Notes: generated by a model from the sequence alone, not told the origin. Positions 39,545-50,400 are shown, numbered from the stretch's first letter. The stretch: DNA of 64,000 bases from Blastocatellia bacterium (GCA_963765495.1 CAVXWP010000003.1:224001-288000); one strand, 5' to 3'. Made by a program: numbers and translations.

Positions 39545-39550
39545 TAAAGA

Positions 39551-39653
39551 GTGACGTGTGAGGAGTGATGCGTGAATCGTGATTTAGCCAGGCTTGCAAG
39601 TTGTCTTAAACCTGCGACCTGGCAGAAAATCACGAATCACGCATCACGCATCA
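39551..39653. repeat. Heptamer-based palindrome (GTGATGC/GTGAATC ... AATCACG/CATCACG) between convergent genes; possible bidirectional terminator
   Basis: gtgatgcgtgaatcgtgattt pairs with aaatcacgaatcacgcatcac. Confidence 0.7.
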
Positions 39654-41609
39654 ATCAGGCATGCAGGGGCCGGGGTCGCCAAAGATCATCGAATTGAACG
39701 ACTGAGTCACTGCGGCATTCATCAGCGAATTACTTATCAACATGCCGTCGCTGATCAACATGCCGTCGCTTAACAGCATGCCATCGCTTAACAGCATACC
39801 GTTACTTATCAACATGCCGTTGCTTATCAGCATGCCGCTTGCCATAAACGGGTAGCCGTCGCTGATCAACATGCCGTTGCTTATCAGGACGCTGTCGCCT
39901 ACAAAAACTCCGTTCGTCAGCATGGTAGAGTCGCTTATCAACATACCATCGCTTATCAACATGCCGTCGCTTAACAGCATGCCAGTGCCGTAAACCGTCT
40001 GGTACTTGGTCATCAGTTCGGGCCCGGCAACATAGTTGTAATTCAACACCAATCCCTGACTCCAGTGGAACGTCTCTCCGGCTATGGTCGTCTCAGGCGC
40101 AGGGGGATTGTTTGTAGTCAGCATCGGGGAGCCGAGCGGAGTGTTGTTGTTCAAATTGGATTTTACAAGCTTGGCGATTCGTACTGCGCCTTCTATGTTG
40201 ATCTGGCCTGCGCCCTGCTCGAACATATTGTATCCCGCAAGCGGCTGCGCCGTGTACATCAGGATCGCTTTGACCAGATTCGGTGTCAGCCTCGGATTTG
40301 CCTGCAACATCAGGGCGACCGTCCCGGCCACTATGGGTGTGGACATAGAGGTTCCACTGAGCCGCATCATGTCGCGCGTATCGCCCAGTTGATTTGAGGC
40401 TCTCAATTCCGGGTGATGTGTGACAAGGTAGTTATCCTTTGACATCGAAGCTACGAGTATGTTCCCGGGAGCGACCAGATCGGGCTTTATCAGATTGTCA
40501 TAGTGACGGACTCCGTTTCCATCCGTGTAGAAGCTGCGTGTCGGGCCGCGCGAACTGTAAGTCGTCACACCGTCATCACTGCGCCGGTCGGTTCCAAAGG
40601 TATTTGTCGCTCCGACCGTCAGCGCCGACGGCTCGTTGCCGGGCGAGTGCACCAGCCCGTAGATTTTCTGTCCGTTGCTGTCTTTGCCGTTGTTTCCCGC
40701 TGCGGCTACAACGACCACTCCCGCATCAACCAGCCGTCTGACGGCGAGGCAGAGCGGGTCGTTCAGGTAAGAGTCGAGGGCCGGACAGCCAAAGCTCATA
40801 TTGACTACCCGGATGTTATAGGCGGAGCGATTCGACATCACCCAGTTGAGCGCGCTGAGCACGCTTGAGACCGAGCCACGCCCTTCGGAATCGAGCACGC
40901 GGAGGTTTATGATCTTCGCGTTTGGCGCTATCCCGGTGTAGGAAGACCCCGCCTGATTACCGCCCGCGGCCAGCCCGGCTACGTGCGTGCCGTGTCCGTA
41001 TGGATCGCTCGTGGTTATACCCTGACCCGTGAAATCCACTTTGGCTGCGATGCGATTTCCGAGGAGCGTTGCGCGGAATGTGTCGTGCTGGCTGTATATG
41101 CCGGAATCGAGTACGGCGATGCCGATGCCGCTTCCGTCAATTCCGATAAGACCGGGGATGAGGCGCGTTGAGGAAGCGCCTGTCGTCGTCTCGACGTGAC
41201 CGAGCATCGTTACTTCCCGATCAAGCGAGATGTAGGAGACATCTTTAGACGCGGCCAGTTTCTCAACCGCGCTCACTGGTAGCTCTACTACGCGGGCGTT
41301 CAGATTCTGGAAATCACCCTTTGTGTCTACGCCGCCGTCGCTCAACAGACCGTTGAGTTTATTGTGTGGTCTGCCCTTGAGTTGCAGTATCACTCTTACA
41401 CGATTCTCGTTCTCATTGCCCTTTGAGATGTTATTTAGACCGCTGTCCCGAACGCGTTTCTGTAGTTCAGGGGATATTTTGACATCATTGATTAATCTTA
41501 CTCGAACACTTTGTGCGCTGCTGCTGCCGCTAAAAAACTGGACGACCGCGAGACAGGTCAGGAGCATAAGAGATATTGTCTGTTTCGCCAGTAGGGATCG
41601 GTTTCTCAT
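39651..41609 (-). CDS. Secreted S8 subtilase with C-terminal hexapeptide repeats
   Basis: Signal peptide and prodomain; triad IAVLDSG, HGTHVAG, SGTSMSTP; oxyanion AAGN. Confidence 0.93.
   Translation of the reverse strand: MRNRSLLAKQTISLMLLTCLAVVQFFSGSSSAQSVRVRLINDVKISPELQKRVRDSGLNNISKGNENENRVRVILQLKGRPHNKLNGLLSDGGVDTKGDFQNLNARVVELPVSAVEKLAASKDVSYISLDREVTMLGHVETTTGASSTRLIPGLIGIDGSGIGIAVLDSGIYSQHDTFRATLLGNRIAAKVDFTGQGITTSDPYGHGTHVAGLAAGGNQAGSSYTGIAPNAKIINLRVLDSEGRGSVSSVLSALNWVMSNRSAYNIRVVNMSFGCPALDSYLNDPLCLAVRRLVDAGVVVVAAAGNNGKDSNGQKIYGLVHSPGNEPSALTVGATNTFGTDRRSDDGVTTYSSRGPTRSFYTDGNGVRHYDNLIKPDLVAPGNILVASMSKDNYLVTHHPELRASNQLGDTRDMMRLSGTSMSTPIVAGTVALMLQANPRLTPNLVKAILMYTAQPLAGYNMFEQGAGQINIEGAVRIAKLVKSNLNNNTPLGSPMLTTNNPPAPETTIAGETFHWSQGLVLNYNYVAGPELMTKYQTVYGTGMLLSDGMLISDGMLISDSTMLTNGVFVGDSVLISNGMLISDGYPFMASGMLISNGMLISNGMLLSDGMLLSDGMLISDGMLISNSLMNAAVTQSFNSMIFGDPGPCMPD
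39729..39983 (-). repeat. 18-bp coding repeat: 10 x GML(I/L)S(D/N) plus 3 degenerate hexamers
   Basis: Read from the translation of the subtilase C-terminus. Confidence 0.92.
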
Positions 41610-41696
41610 GGTTTAATCGAATCTCCCCCGATTGCTTGTTTGATGGCTTTCCATAACCCTTTTTCTCATCAGGACCGTGATGCGGCATTTGAAACC

Positions 41697-41711
41697 GCAA
41701 GTGGCATTCCA
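41697..41711 (-). promoter_or_regulatory. Putative sigma54 -24/-12 promoter of the subtilase gene
   Basis: Minus strand TGGAATGCCACTTGC: GG-N10-GC with TTGC, about 90 bp upstream of the ATG. Confidence 0.55.
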
Positions 41712-41850
41712 CCCCATCCTTACCGGGAGAACGCGGTTTTTTGGCCAGATTGGGGCTTTTTGATTAAGCGGACAAAGTGAGAAATGATTGAATTGCTCGA
41801 ATTGAGAAACATTTCAATCACTTTGACCGATGATTGCCTGCCTGTGTTTT

Positions 41851-41890
41851 TGAGATCTCGAATCTCAAATCTCGGATTTCAAATCTCAGA
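41851..41890. repeat. Short heptamer repeat (AATCTC(A/G)) patch; sister copy at about 54325-54355
   Basis: tgagatctcgaatctcaaatctcggatttcaaatctcaga. Confidence 0.6.
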
Positions 41891-41900
41891 GAGGTGTGTC

Positions 41901-44564
41901 TTATCGTTTGCCGTCGAGGCTGGCCCATTCACCGGATTGGATAAAACTCGCCCAGTAGAATGGATGATTTCTTTCGGGGTCTTTCAGCATCTTTAACTGC
42001 ACCTGTCTGAGGGCATCGCTTCGACCTGCGCCGGCTTTGAGCCGTGTGTAATACTCCATCATCAACTCGCTCGTCCCCGTATCGCTGACCGGCCACAGGC
42101 TCATCATCTGGCTTTCGCTCCCCGCAAGCACCAGCGCCCGCCTTAGTCCATAAACCCCTTCGCCGGTGCTGACTTCTCCCACGCCGGTGTCGCAGGCCGA
42201 TAACACGATCAGCTTCGTTCCCCACAAATCGAGCCCGGATGCTTCAAGCGCCGTGAGCATCCCGTCATCTGTTGTGGCGTGAGCGGCGTTTGCCCCCGCA
42301 AGAAACAGCCCTGATCTCAAAAGCGGGTTTGTAATCCGCATCGCGGCTTCGGGTTGCGCAGCAGATTCTGTTGCGCTGTTCTTGCGCCGCACAACGATTC
42401 GCAGCCCGCCCTGCCCCGACTCAATCGGCCCGCCGGTCTCTTCATCCTTGAGAAAAAAGCCATGTGTAGCTATGTGCAGCAGCCGGGGGCCGGAAAGCGG
42501 CTTGAGCATGGACTCGCTCGCCTCGGCTCCCGTCATCGGTTCTACTCCAAGAATCTCTTTTAACCGGGCAGCCTCCTGCGCGCTGGCCCTGAGCCGTTTG
42601 AGCGGTTCAAAGCTCATCTCCGCAAGACGCGGCCCCGTCGCTTCGCCGGGTTTCGCGCCGTAATTAAAATCGGGGTCGGCAATCACTACGGCAGGTTCTC
42701 TTGGTTGAATCCCGGTTTGCAGTCTGAGCAGGTCGCGACCGCTCGCCAGATAAGAGATTGAGTATCGCTCGACCAGATACCGATTTTGCTCGTCGACGAG
42801 AGCGGCAAAAGGAACGAGATTCAGCGCGCCGTCGGGCGAGATCAACAGGCGGAAGGTATCGCCCGCGAGCCTTCGAACGGGTTGCATCACAAGCTGGTCG
42901 AGCGCCCTGGCCTGTGGCTTGACCTGGCGCTCGATGTCGCTCAAGGGCTGATTTTCACGGCGGCGAAAGGTGGCTCGAAACCCGGCGACGGCGTTGTCAA
43001 TCTTTTCCGCCGGTCCGAGGTCTGCCCACTTCGGCTCACCCTGACGACTCAGAAGGTAAACGGCGTATCGTCGCGCTTCCCATTCGCCGGTCTTTGCGTT
43101 GAATGGATAATACGAAACGAACTCTACAAGAACTGCGCCCGCAGGAATCGCAGCCTGAACAGATTCGAGAGTCACGGCGTGAGACTGGGCGCGAAACTCC
43201 GCGCTTCGAGCGCTTACCTGCGCCTCAAAATTGTCCACCTGAATTTCGAGCCGCGCGACATCAGCCTTATACTCGTCGGGAGAAATCTCTCCCAGCCCGC
43301 CAAGCACGAGCGCGGCCAGTCGCGAGCGAGCGAGCATCAACTGATCGAGCAGCGATTGATCGGAGGGAGTGAGGCGGCGGCGCAGAGTGCCGAAGCTGTC
43401 CGTCATGGAATCGAGCGTACGGCCTTTGCGTCGAAGCACGGTTGTGAGGGCCAGACGCAATGCCAGAGGATCGGCGGGGGCGGACCGGGTTTGCAGCGAA
43501 ATTGTAGCGTCGGTCTGCCCTGAGAGCGTGGCAAGGTAGAGAAGTTTCTGGCGCTCGGACCCTGTGGCGAGGTTCAGGTTGATGTTTCGCTCGATAATAT
43601 TATTTGAGCGAGTGGAAAAAGTGACGGCCTGTGCTATTTCGCCTCTTGCCTCATAAAGCGCGGCGAGATTGTCGAGCGAACTGGCTACGTCTGGATGATT
43701 CGGGCCAAGCGCCTTCACGCGAATGTCGAGAGCCTGTCTGAGAAGCGGCTCCGCCTTCTGATAGTCTCTCGCCAGGTAATAGATTCCCGCGAGATTGTTT
43801 AGCGTCTCGGCTACATCGGGATGATTCGGGCCAAGCGCCTTCACGCGAATGTCGAGAGCCTGTCTGAGAAGCGGCTCTGCTTTCTGGTAATCTCCCAATG
43901 CTCGATACGACTCGGCCAGATTGTTGAGCGCCTGTCCGTAGGCGGGGTCATCCGCGCCCGATGTCCTTTCGTAAATCAGCAGGGCGCGTTCATACATCGG
44001 CACGGCCTTTCGATATTGCTTCATTTCATAATAGACCGCGGCCAGATTGTTGAGCGCCTGCGCAAAATTGTGATGCTCGGTGCCAAGCGATTTCTCGTAG
44101 ATCGCCAGCGCCTGTCGAAATAGCGGCTCTGCTTTTTGATAGTCCCCTCTTTTATAGTAAAGACCCGCCAGATTGTTGAGCGATGTGGCTACATCGGGAT
44201 GATTCGCGCCGAGCGATTTTATCCTGATGGCCAGCGCGCGCTCGAAAAGCGGCTCTACTTTTTGATAATCCCCTTTTTGATAGTAGAGACCCGCCAGATT
44301 GTTGAGCGATTGACCGACGCGCGGATCATCCGGCCCGAGCGCCTTTACACGCAGCGCCAGCGCGCGTTCGGCAAGTGGGATGGCTTCATCAAACCTGCCT
44401 TCCCGGTATAACCGGACCACCTCTGCGTTTAGCCTGTCAGCCTCATCCAGGATACTGGTCTGCGCGGGCGACGCGGCCTTGATCCCCGTCGCAAACAGCA
44501 TAGCTATTAGCAGCAAAGCTGAAATCGAACCACGCCCGGCTCGCGTGTTTAAGAAAGAGTTCAA
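41901..44564 (-). CDS. TPR (42-aa kinesin-light-chain type) + CHAT caspase-like protease with predicted signal peptide
   Basis: Repeats LNNLA.LY...GDYQKAEPL..QAL.I..KALG..HPDVA. CHAT motifs ISPDGALNLVPFAAL, LHIATHGFF (His), LSACDTG (Cys), SLWPVSD, HPFYWASFI. TTG start after GAGAGG. Confidence 0.9.
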   Translation of the reverse strand: MNSFLNTRAGRGSISALLLIAMLFATGIKAASPAQTSILDEADRLNAEVVRLYREGRFDEAIPLAERALALRVKALGPDDPRVGQSLNNLAGLYYQKGDYQKVEPLFERALAIRIKSLGANHPDVATSLNNLAGLYYKRGDYQKAEPLFRQALAIYEKSLGTEHHNFAQALNNLAAVYYEMKQYRKAVPMYERALLIYERTSGADDPAYGQALNNLAESYRALGDYQKAEPLLRQALDIRVKALGPNHPDVAETLNNLAGIYYLARDYQKAEPLLRQALDIRVKALGPNHPDVASSLDNLAALYEARGEIAQAVTFSTRSNNIIERNINLNLATGSERQKLLYLATLSGQTDATISLQTRSAPADPLALRLALTTVLRRKGRTLDSMTDSFGTLRRRLTPSDQSLLDQLMLARSRLAALVLGGLGEISPDEYKADVARLEIQVDNFEAQVSARSAEFRAQSHAVTLESVQAAIPAGAVLVEFVSYYPFNAKTGEWEARRYAVYLLSRQGEPKWADLGPAEKIDNAVAGFRATFRRRENQPLSDIERQVKPQARALDQLVMQPVRRLAGDTFRLLISPDGALNLVPFAALVDEQNRYLVERYSISYLASGRDLLRLQTGIQPREPAVVIADPDFNYGAKPGEATGPRLAEMSFEPLKRLRASAQEAARLKEILGVEPMTGAEASESMLKPLSGPRLLHIATHGFFLKDEETGGPIESGQGGLRIVVRRKNSATESAAQPEAAMRITNPLLRSGLFLAGANAAHATTDDGMLTALEASGLDLWGTKLIVLSACDTGVGEVSTGEGVYGLRRALVLAGSESQMMSLWPVSDTGTSELMMEYYTRLKAGAGRSDALRQVQLKMLKDPERNHPFYWASFIQSGEWASLDGKR

Positions 44565-44566
44565 AT

Positions 44567-46342
44567 CTACCTCTCGATATGTTTCAGGTTTAGAAGATAA
44601 ACCAGCGTGTCGCCCGCGCCTTGAATGCTTATGCGCTCGTTTGCCTGATCCTGACTGACCTGTAGTTTTTTCTCTCTGTTATGATCGAGCAATCCGCGCA
44701 CAAACGCCGATGTGGCCGCATCCTTTATCTCTCCGGCATCCTCTTTGTTTGCCCATCTGCGAACCGCGTCTTCAAGTTCCGCCACGGGCTCGACGGAGAA
44801 TATTATCCAGACCTTTTCGGTTCCCGCTTTTGCATCAAAGACATTTTCCGATGTTGCCACCTGATCATTTGCCCTGACGCTTGATGACAGATTATTGCCC
44901 GCGGGCGAGGGAAACAGAATGTTGTACTGGGGTTGATTGCCACTGGCGGCGGCGGCTTCGTTCAGCAGATAGAGATGGCCGTTATCGGTGCTCTCTACAA
45001 AGAAGCGGATGCCGTCGCCTTCTCGAAAGTATGTCTCTCCACTGATGCCTCCGGTCAGTTTGATCGGTTTTCCGACCGGCCTGTTATCGCGGTAGGATTG
45101 CAACTCGCCCCAGTAGCTTATAGTGTGACTGCGCACCGGGGTGTCGCTTGAGGCTCGCGCAGGCGCGTCACCTTCCGAGCCTTCCAAACCTTTTGAGCCC
45201 CCCGATAAATAAAGCCAGCCGACGAGAGCCAGGATCGCTATCACTATAAGAGCGCCCGACGCGGCAAGAATTTTTGCGACAGGTGTTTTTCTAGTAGCTG
45301 ATTTGGCCGTGAGTTGCGGCGGGCTCTCCTCGCGAACCTCTTCCTGAAAATCCGGCTGTGTAAGAGCCCTTGCCAGTTCATTTCCGAATTGGTCGGCTCT
45401 CTGATAACGGTCAGCCGGATTGAAAGAGAGCGCCTTCAATATAATTTCCTGCGCCGGGGAGGGGAGGCTCGCACGCAAATCCTGGGGTCTGACCCGCACG
45501 CCCGCGCGTTGCATCTCCAGCAGCTTCAACATCGCCGCCATCGGATGCTGGATGTCGGGATTAAATGGCACGCGGCCCGTGACCATCTCGTAGGCGATGA
45601 CACCGAGCGCGTAAATATCGGTCGTCGACGAGGGCTTGCCTTGAAGCTGCTCCGGGGCCATATAATTTACGCTTCCGGCGAGGACCGTGGCTCGGGTCTT
45701 TTCGTCAAACGATTCTCTCACGGTCGAGATTCCAAAATCTATTACCTTGACGTGTTCTTTCTCAACACCCTCTGACGACTCTTTGTAGAGCATTATATTT
45801 TCGGGCTTTAGATCGCGGTGATATACGCCTTTGTCGTGAGCCGCGCTTATGGCCGCTCCAAGTTCCCGCACTACCCGCGCTATTCGCTCGAAATCTCCTA
45901 TCCCTTTTTCCGGCGCTATCTGAGAGTGCAGGTCATAGCCTTCGACAAATTCCATAGCGAGATACGGTCTTTTATCCGGCATCTCGCCCGACGCGACCAG
46001 TCGCACGACACCCGGATGATCTATCCTTGAAAGCGCCTTTACCTCGTCGCTAAAGTGCTGCTCGATCCATGCGCGAGTCTGAGCGTCGGGCTGATCGAGC
46101 AGAGCCTTGATGACGACACGCCTCTGCGAGTCTGCAAGATCAAGCGCCAGATAAGTGACGCCAAATCCGCCCCGGCCAAGCTCTCTTTCGATTGCGAAGC
46201 GGTTGTCGATCAAACTTGCGTCCGAGATGAAATCGCCCGAGCTTAAGGTTTTGCTCAATGTCGTGGGGGGGTCTTTTTCTGATGAAAGCTCAACCGAACC
46301 AGCCTGTCTCGTGCGATCATTTCTGTTGTCGTCTGAGGCCAT
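44567..46342 (-). CDS. Hanks-type Ser/Thr protein kinase, TM helix, extracytoplasmic DUF4384-like domain
   Basis: LGRGGFG, VVIK, HRDLKPEN, DFG, YMAPE, DIYALG; TM ILAASGALIVIAILALVGWLYL; FREGDGIRF...GHLYLLNE...ILFPS. Confidence 0.9.
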   Translation of the reverse strand: MASDDNRNDRTRQAGSVELSSEKDPPTTLSKTLSSGDFISDASLIDNRFAIERELGRGGFGVTYLALDLADSQRRVVIKALLDQPDAQTRAWIEQHFSDEVKALSRIDHPGVVRLVASGEMPDKRPYLAMEFVEGYDLHSQIAPEKGIGDFERIARVVRELGAAISAAHDKGVYHRDLKPENIMLYKESSEGVEKEHVKVIDFGISTVRESFDEKTRATVLAGSVNYMAPEQLQGKPSSTTDIYALGVIAYEMVTGRVPFNPDIQHPMAAMLKLLEMQRAGVRVRPQDLRASLPSPAQEIILKALSFNPADRYQRADQFGNELARALTQPDFQEEVREESPPQLTAKSATRKTPVAKILAASGALIVIAILALVGWLYLSGGSKGLEGSEGDAPARASSDTPVRSHTISYWGELQSYRDNRPVGKPIKLTGGISGETYFREGDGIRFFVESTDNGHLYLLNEAAAASGNQPQYNILFPSPAGNNLSSSVRANDQVATSENVFDAKAGTEKVWIIFSVEPVAELEDAVRRWANKEDAGEIKDAATSAFVRGLLDHNREKKLQVSQDQANERISIQGAGDTLVYLLNLKHIER

Positions 46343-46369
46343 CCTGCCTTTGCTCCTGCGGGGTCTGTC

Positions 46370-47347
46370 TTATTTGCGAATGCGAACCGGGATTGTAAAT
46401 ACAAGCGGCTCGCCCGGTTTGCGACCTACGTGATAAACGGTTTGCGGCTCGGGGTCGGAGTCGCTCAAAAGCGCGCCGCCTGACGCCCCGGCTTTTTTCT
46501 CGGCGCTTGTTATAGCCGCGCCCGCTCCGCCGATCTTCTCAAATTTCCACACGCGGCCTCCCCACTTGCTTTCCCACTCTTTAAGTTGTCGCGGGTCAAT
46601 ACGCCTGTAATCCTCGTCGTCGGCAAGCGGCGGCAATTCAGCTAGAGGCTCGGTCGAGAGCAGCACCGTGAACACCTCGGCCGTCTTTTCGGGACCCTCG
46701 GAGCTGAGACGGGTGATCTCAAAATAATCCGTTTCGTTCGGGATGTAGATCAGTTTGCCCGGAACGCCTTTCGCGCTCCGGCCCGTATCCTGTCTTGCGG
46801 GAAAGACCAGATAAGGATCGCTCATGGTCCCATCCGCGTATTGTTCGCGGTTGAGCAGATAGATATAGGATTCAAAGGGAACCTCTACGGTTAACCTCAG
46901 TATGTCCCCGTCTGAAAACCGCGTCTCTGATTGAGCGCGAACGGGCGTCATTTGCGCCGTTGATTCGACGGCAGCCCCTTTTTTGCGTTTCACGATTCTG
47001 GTTTGCTCGACCGCCTCGGGGTTGTCGTCTTTGCGAGCCTCGCGCAGTTGCCAGAATGTGACCCCGACATCCACGCCTTCGACAACGGGGTTGTCGTCTC
47101 TGGCTACCGGGGCGTAATCGCCGACCTCCACAGGTTTCGAGCGATTGGGCCGGTTTGATTGGGACTGGTTTGATCGGGGCCGTTTCGCCGTGACTTTTTT
47201 CTGTAGCTTCTGAGCGTATTCGCGCGGCTTCAGCCCTCGCGTATCATCGTCGGTCGTCTGCGCCAGAGCCGTGATTGAATTTGCGGCGAGCGCAAGAAAA
47301 GCCATTATAAGCAATCGCGCAAATAGATCATTTCTGATCAATGCCAT
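46370..47347 (-). CDS. Secreted DUF4384-like protein
   Basis: Signal peptide; FSDGDILRLTVE...YIYLLNREQYADG...PYLVFP...AEVFTVLLSTEPL. RBS AGGAG. Confidence 0.72.
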   Translation of the reverse strand: MALIRNDLFARLLIMAFLALAANSITALAQTTDDDTRGLKPREYAQKLQKKVTAKRPRSNQSQSNRPNRSKPVEVGDYAPVARDDNPVVEGVDVGVTFWQLREARKDDNPEAVEQTRIVKRKKGAAVESTAQMTPVRAQSETRFSDGDILRLTVEVPFESYIYLLNREQYADGTMSDPYLVFPARQDTGRSAKGVPGKLIYIPNETDYFEITRLSSEGPEKTAEVFTVLLSTEPLAELPPLADDEDYRRIDPRQLKEWESKWGGRVWKFEKIGGAGAAITSAEKKAGASGGALLSDSDPEPQTVYHVGRKPGEPLVFTIPVRIRK

Positions 47348-47425
47348 TAGTATTTCTCCTGAAGGACAATGCTCTTGTCCCCCATAATATACACAATTGA
47401 TCGGAATAATCCCCAGTAGCTGAAG

Positions 47426-47455
47426 AAAAAATAGGCCGCGTTATCGGCGGCCTAT
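47426..47455 (-). terminator. Rho-independent terminator of the tricorn pair
   Basis: Stem ATAGGCCGC / GCGGCCTAT with a 7-nt loop, followed by a T-run on the minus strand, ~20 bp after the stop at 47478. Confidence 0.75.
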
Positions 47456-47477
47456 CATTATTTTCCTGATCTACATT

Positions 47478-50400
47478 TTACGGCTTGCTGTTTCCGTTGT
47501 GATAATTCGGATAAGCGGGCCGCTTTGGCGTCTTCGGCGGATTCTTTTTGAGCGCCTCCATCACCACCTCGACAGCCTTTTCAAGCTGCGGGTCGTGCCC
47601 TTCGCGCCACGCCTTCGGGTCCATCTCCACTTCGATGTCGGGGTCTACGCCGTGATTTTCGATCTCCCATTTGCCTTCCGGCGAATAGAAGGCGAAATGC
47701 GGCGCGGTCACTGAACCTCCGTCGATCAGTTGCGGATAGCCACCTATGCCGACAAGACCGCCCCATGTGCGTTTGCCGATGAGCGGGCCGATACCTGCGC
47801 GACGGAACATCCAGGGCATGTAATCGCCGCCCGAACCGGCGTACTGATTGACGAGCATCGCCTTCGGGCCGGGCATGGTGCCAAACGGCTGACGGAAATC
47901 ATCGCCGTCGCGCACGGCCCAGTAACTCATCAAGGGCTTGCGCAGGTAATCAATGATGTAATCTGCCGCGTGGCCGCCTCCGTTGAATCGTTCGTCGATT
48001 ACCGCGCCCTGTTTGTCGAGTTGCGAAAAGTAATAGCGATTGAAATTCGTATACCCGCCCTGCGCGGTGTTGGGCAGATGCACATAAGCGAGTTTCCCGC
48101 CGCTCATCTGATCCACCTTGCGGCGATTCGATTCGATCCACGCAAGGTAGCGAAGCCCGCCTTCGTTGTCGACCGGAACTACGGTCACCTCACGCGAGTT
48201 CGAGCCGTCCGCGTTCGGGCCTACGCGGATGACGACCTGTTTGTTTGCCGTCGCTTCAAAGAACTGATAGACGTTTTCGGCCGAGGTGATGTCGCGTCCG
48301 TTTACGGCGAGCAGGTACTCGCCTTCCTGTACGTTTACGCCCGGCTGCGTGAGAGGTGCGCGCAATTCCGGGTTCCAGTTTTCGCCGTCATAAATATGGG
48401 CGAAGCGATAGCGCCCGTTCTCTATACGGAAATCCGCGCCGAGCAATCCGCCCTTTACTCGCTCAGGGTCGGGCACGTCGCCGCCGGAAACGTACAGGTG
48501 GCCGATGGTCAATTCGCCGAGCATCTCTTGAAACAGGTAATTCAAATCGGCGCGATGCGCGAGCGAATTCAAGTAAGGCTCGTACTTCTTCGATGTCGCT
48601 TGCAGGTCCAGACCGTGATAATGCGGATCGTAAAAGAAGTCGCGTTCGATGCGCCAGGTCTCGCGGTACATCTGATCCCATTCGGCGCGCGGGTCAACAT
48701 AGACTTCCATCTCGTCGGTGTTTATTTTGCCCTCGCCCGGCTTGAGCGGTTGCGAGGTCGCGGCTATGAACCAGTTCGGCCCCTGACGAAATAACATCTT
48801 CTCGCCGTTTGCTGAAATATCGAAGCTGCTGATGCCTTCGACTACTTTATCAAGCTTGCGTTTTTCAAGATCAAACTTGTGCAGCACCGCGCCGTTCACG
48901 CCCGGAGCGGGCGGAAGCAGTTCGGCCAGAAAAATCGTTCCGGGCTTGCCCGCAGTCAGCGCGACAAAGTTGCGCGCCGGTATCGGGAGCGCCAGTATCC
49001 GCTGGTTTATGCGATCAAAATCAATCACGACCTTTGGCGGTTCTTTTTTGTCGCCCGGCTTGGCCTGACCGGAAGCCGCATCTGCTTTCTTTTCACCCTC
49101 CTGATCGCTCTTTTCGCCCTCCTGGCTTTCGGCCTTTATGGTGTCGGAGGGTTTTTCTTCCGTCACTTTTTCTTCATCGCTTTCGGGCGCGATTGGCGAG
49201 GGCAAATCCTTTTTGAGCACGCAAACATAGACGCTGCGCGTCGGGTGATGCGGATAGCTGGTCATATCGAACCCGAATACGGCGGGGCCGATGTCTGTGC
49301 TCGCGGTGAAGTAAATATATTTGCCGCTCTTGTCGAAGACGGGAGAGGTAGCATCGCTCAACCCGTCGGTCACCTGCTGGGTCTTACCGCTTTCGAGCGA
49401 GTAGATAAAGACGGCCCTGTACCAGCTCTGAACGGGTTTTGAGTAAACGATCCATCGGCTGTCGGGCGACCAGTTCTGGCTGTAGGACGCGCCTCGCGGC
49501 GAGTTGTCTACCTTGACCGGGGTGCCCTTGTCGATGTCGATGTACCAGAGGTTGAGTCGCTTGTCTGTGTAAGCGATTTTCTTGCTGTCGGGCGACCACG
49601 TGGGGCCGTAGAAAAACGAAGGCGGGTTGCCGAGACTGAGCTTCTTGACTTCGCCCATGCCTGTCTGCGAGCGCAGATGCAGAGCGTATTCGCCCGATTC
49701 ATCTGAAAAATAAGCGATCCATTTGCCGTCGGGCGACCACGCGGGGTCGCGTTCGGCCACGCCGGTCGTGTTTGTCAGATCGCGGGCATTACCCTTTTCG
49801 GCCGGGACGGTCAGAATCTCGCCCCGCGCTTCAAAGACTGCGCGCGCGCCCGTAGGAGAGATCGTCGCGTTTGTGATCTGCTTTGCCACCTTTTCGTGTT
49901 TCGGGCGCACCGACAGCATGTCGCCGTTGATCGTGATGTTGACCTTTCTGGTCTTGCCCGAATTCAGGTCGTATAAATTCACCGAGCCAAACTGCTCATA
50001 GACTATGGCGTCCGGCCCCGCCGATGCCGATTTGATGTCGAGGCCGTTGTTTTCGATAAGCTCGGTGACTTTCTTTGTCGCCGTGTCGTAGGCAAACAGC
50101 GTTATCTGATTGTCGCGGTCCGAGAGAAAGTAAACGCGGTTTCCTATCCACATGGGATTGAAGTCGTTCGAATCTTCGCGCGGCAGTTTCTCTACGCTCG
50201 AATCGGAGAGATTCGCAATCCATACGGGCGCAGCCATCCCCCCGCGATAGTGTTTCCACGCATTGAAGGCGCGGGGCAACGGCACATAAGCCAGATGGGT
50301 TCCATCTGCCGAGTACGAACCTTCATAAGCCATGGGCAGAGGCACGGCGGTCGGAAATACGCCGTCAATCGGCATGGTATAGAGTTGAGCCGTGCGGCCT

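Noticed and set aside
39729-39983. Regularly spaced repeats resembling a CRISPR array
   Set aside because: 18-bp units are contiguous with no spacers, lie in frame in the subtilase and vary at synonymous positions; no cas genes present.
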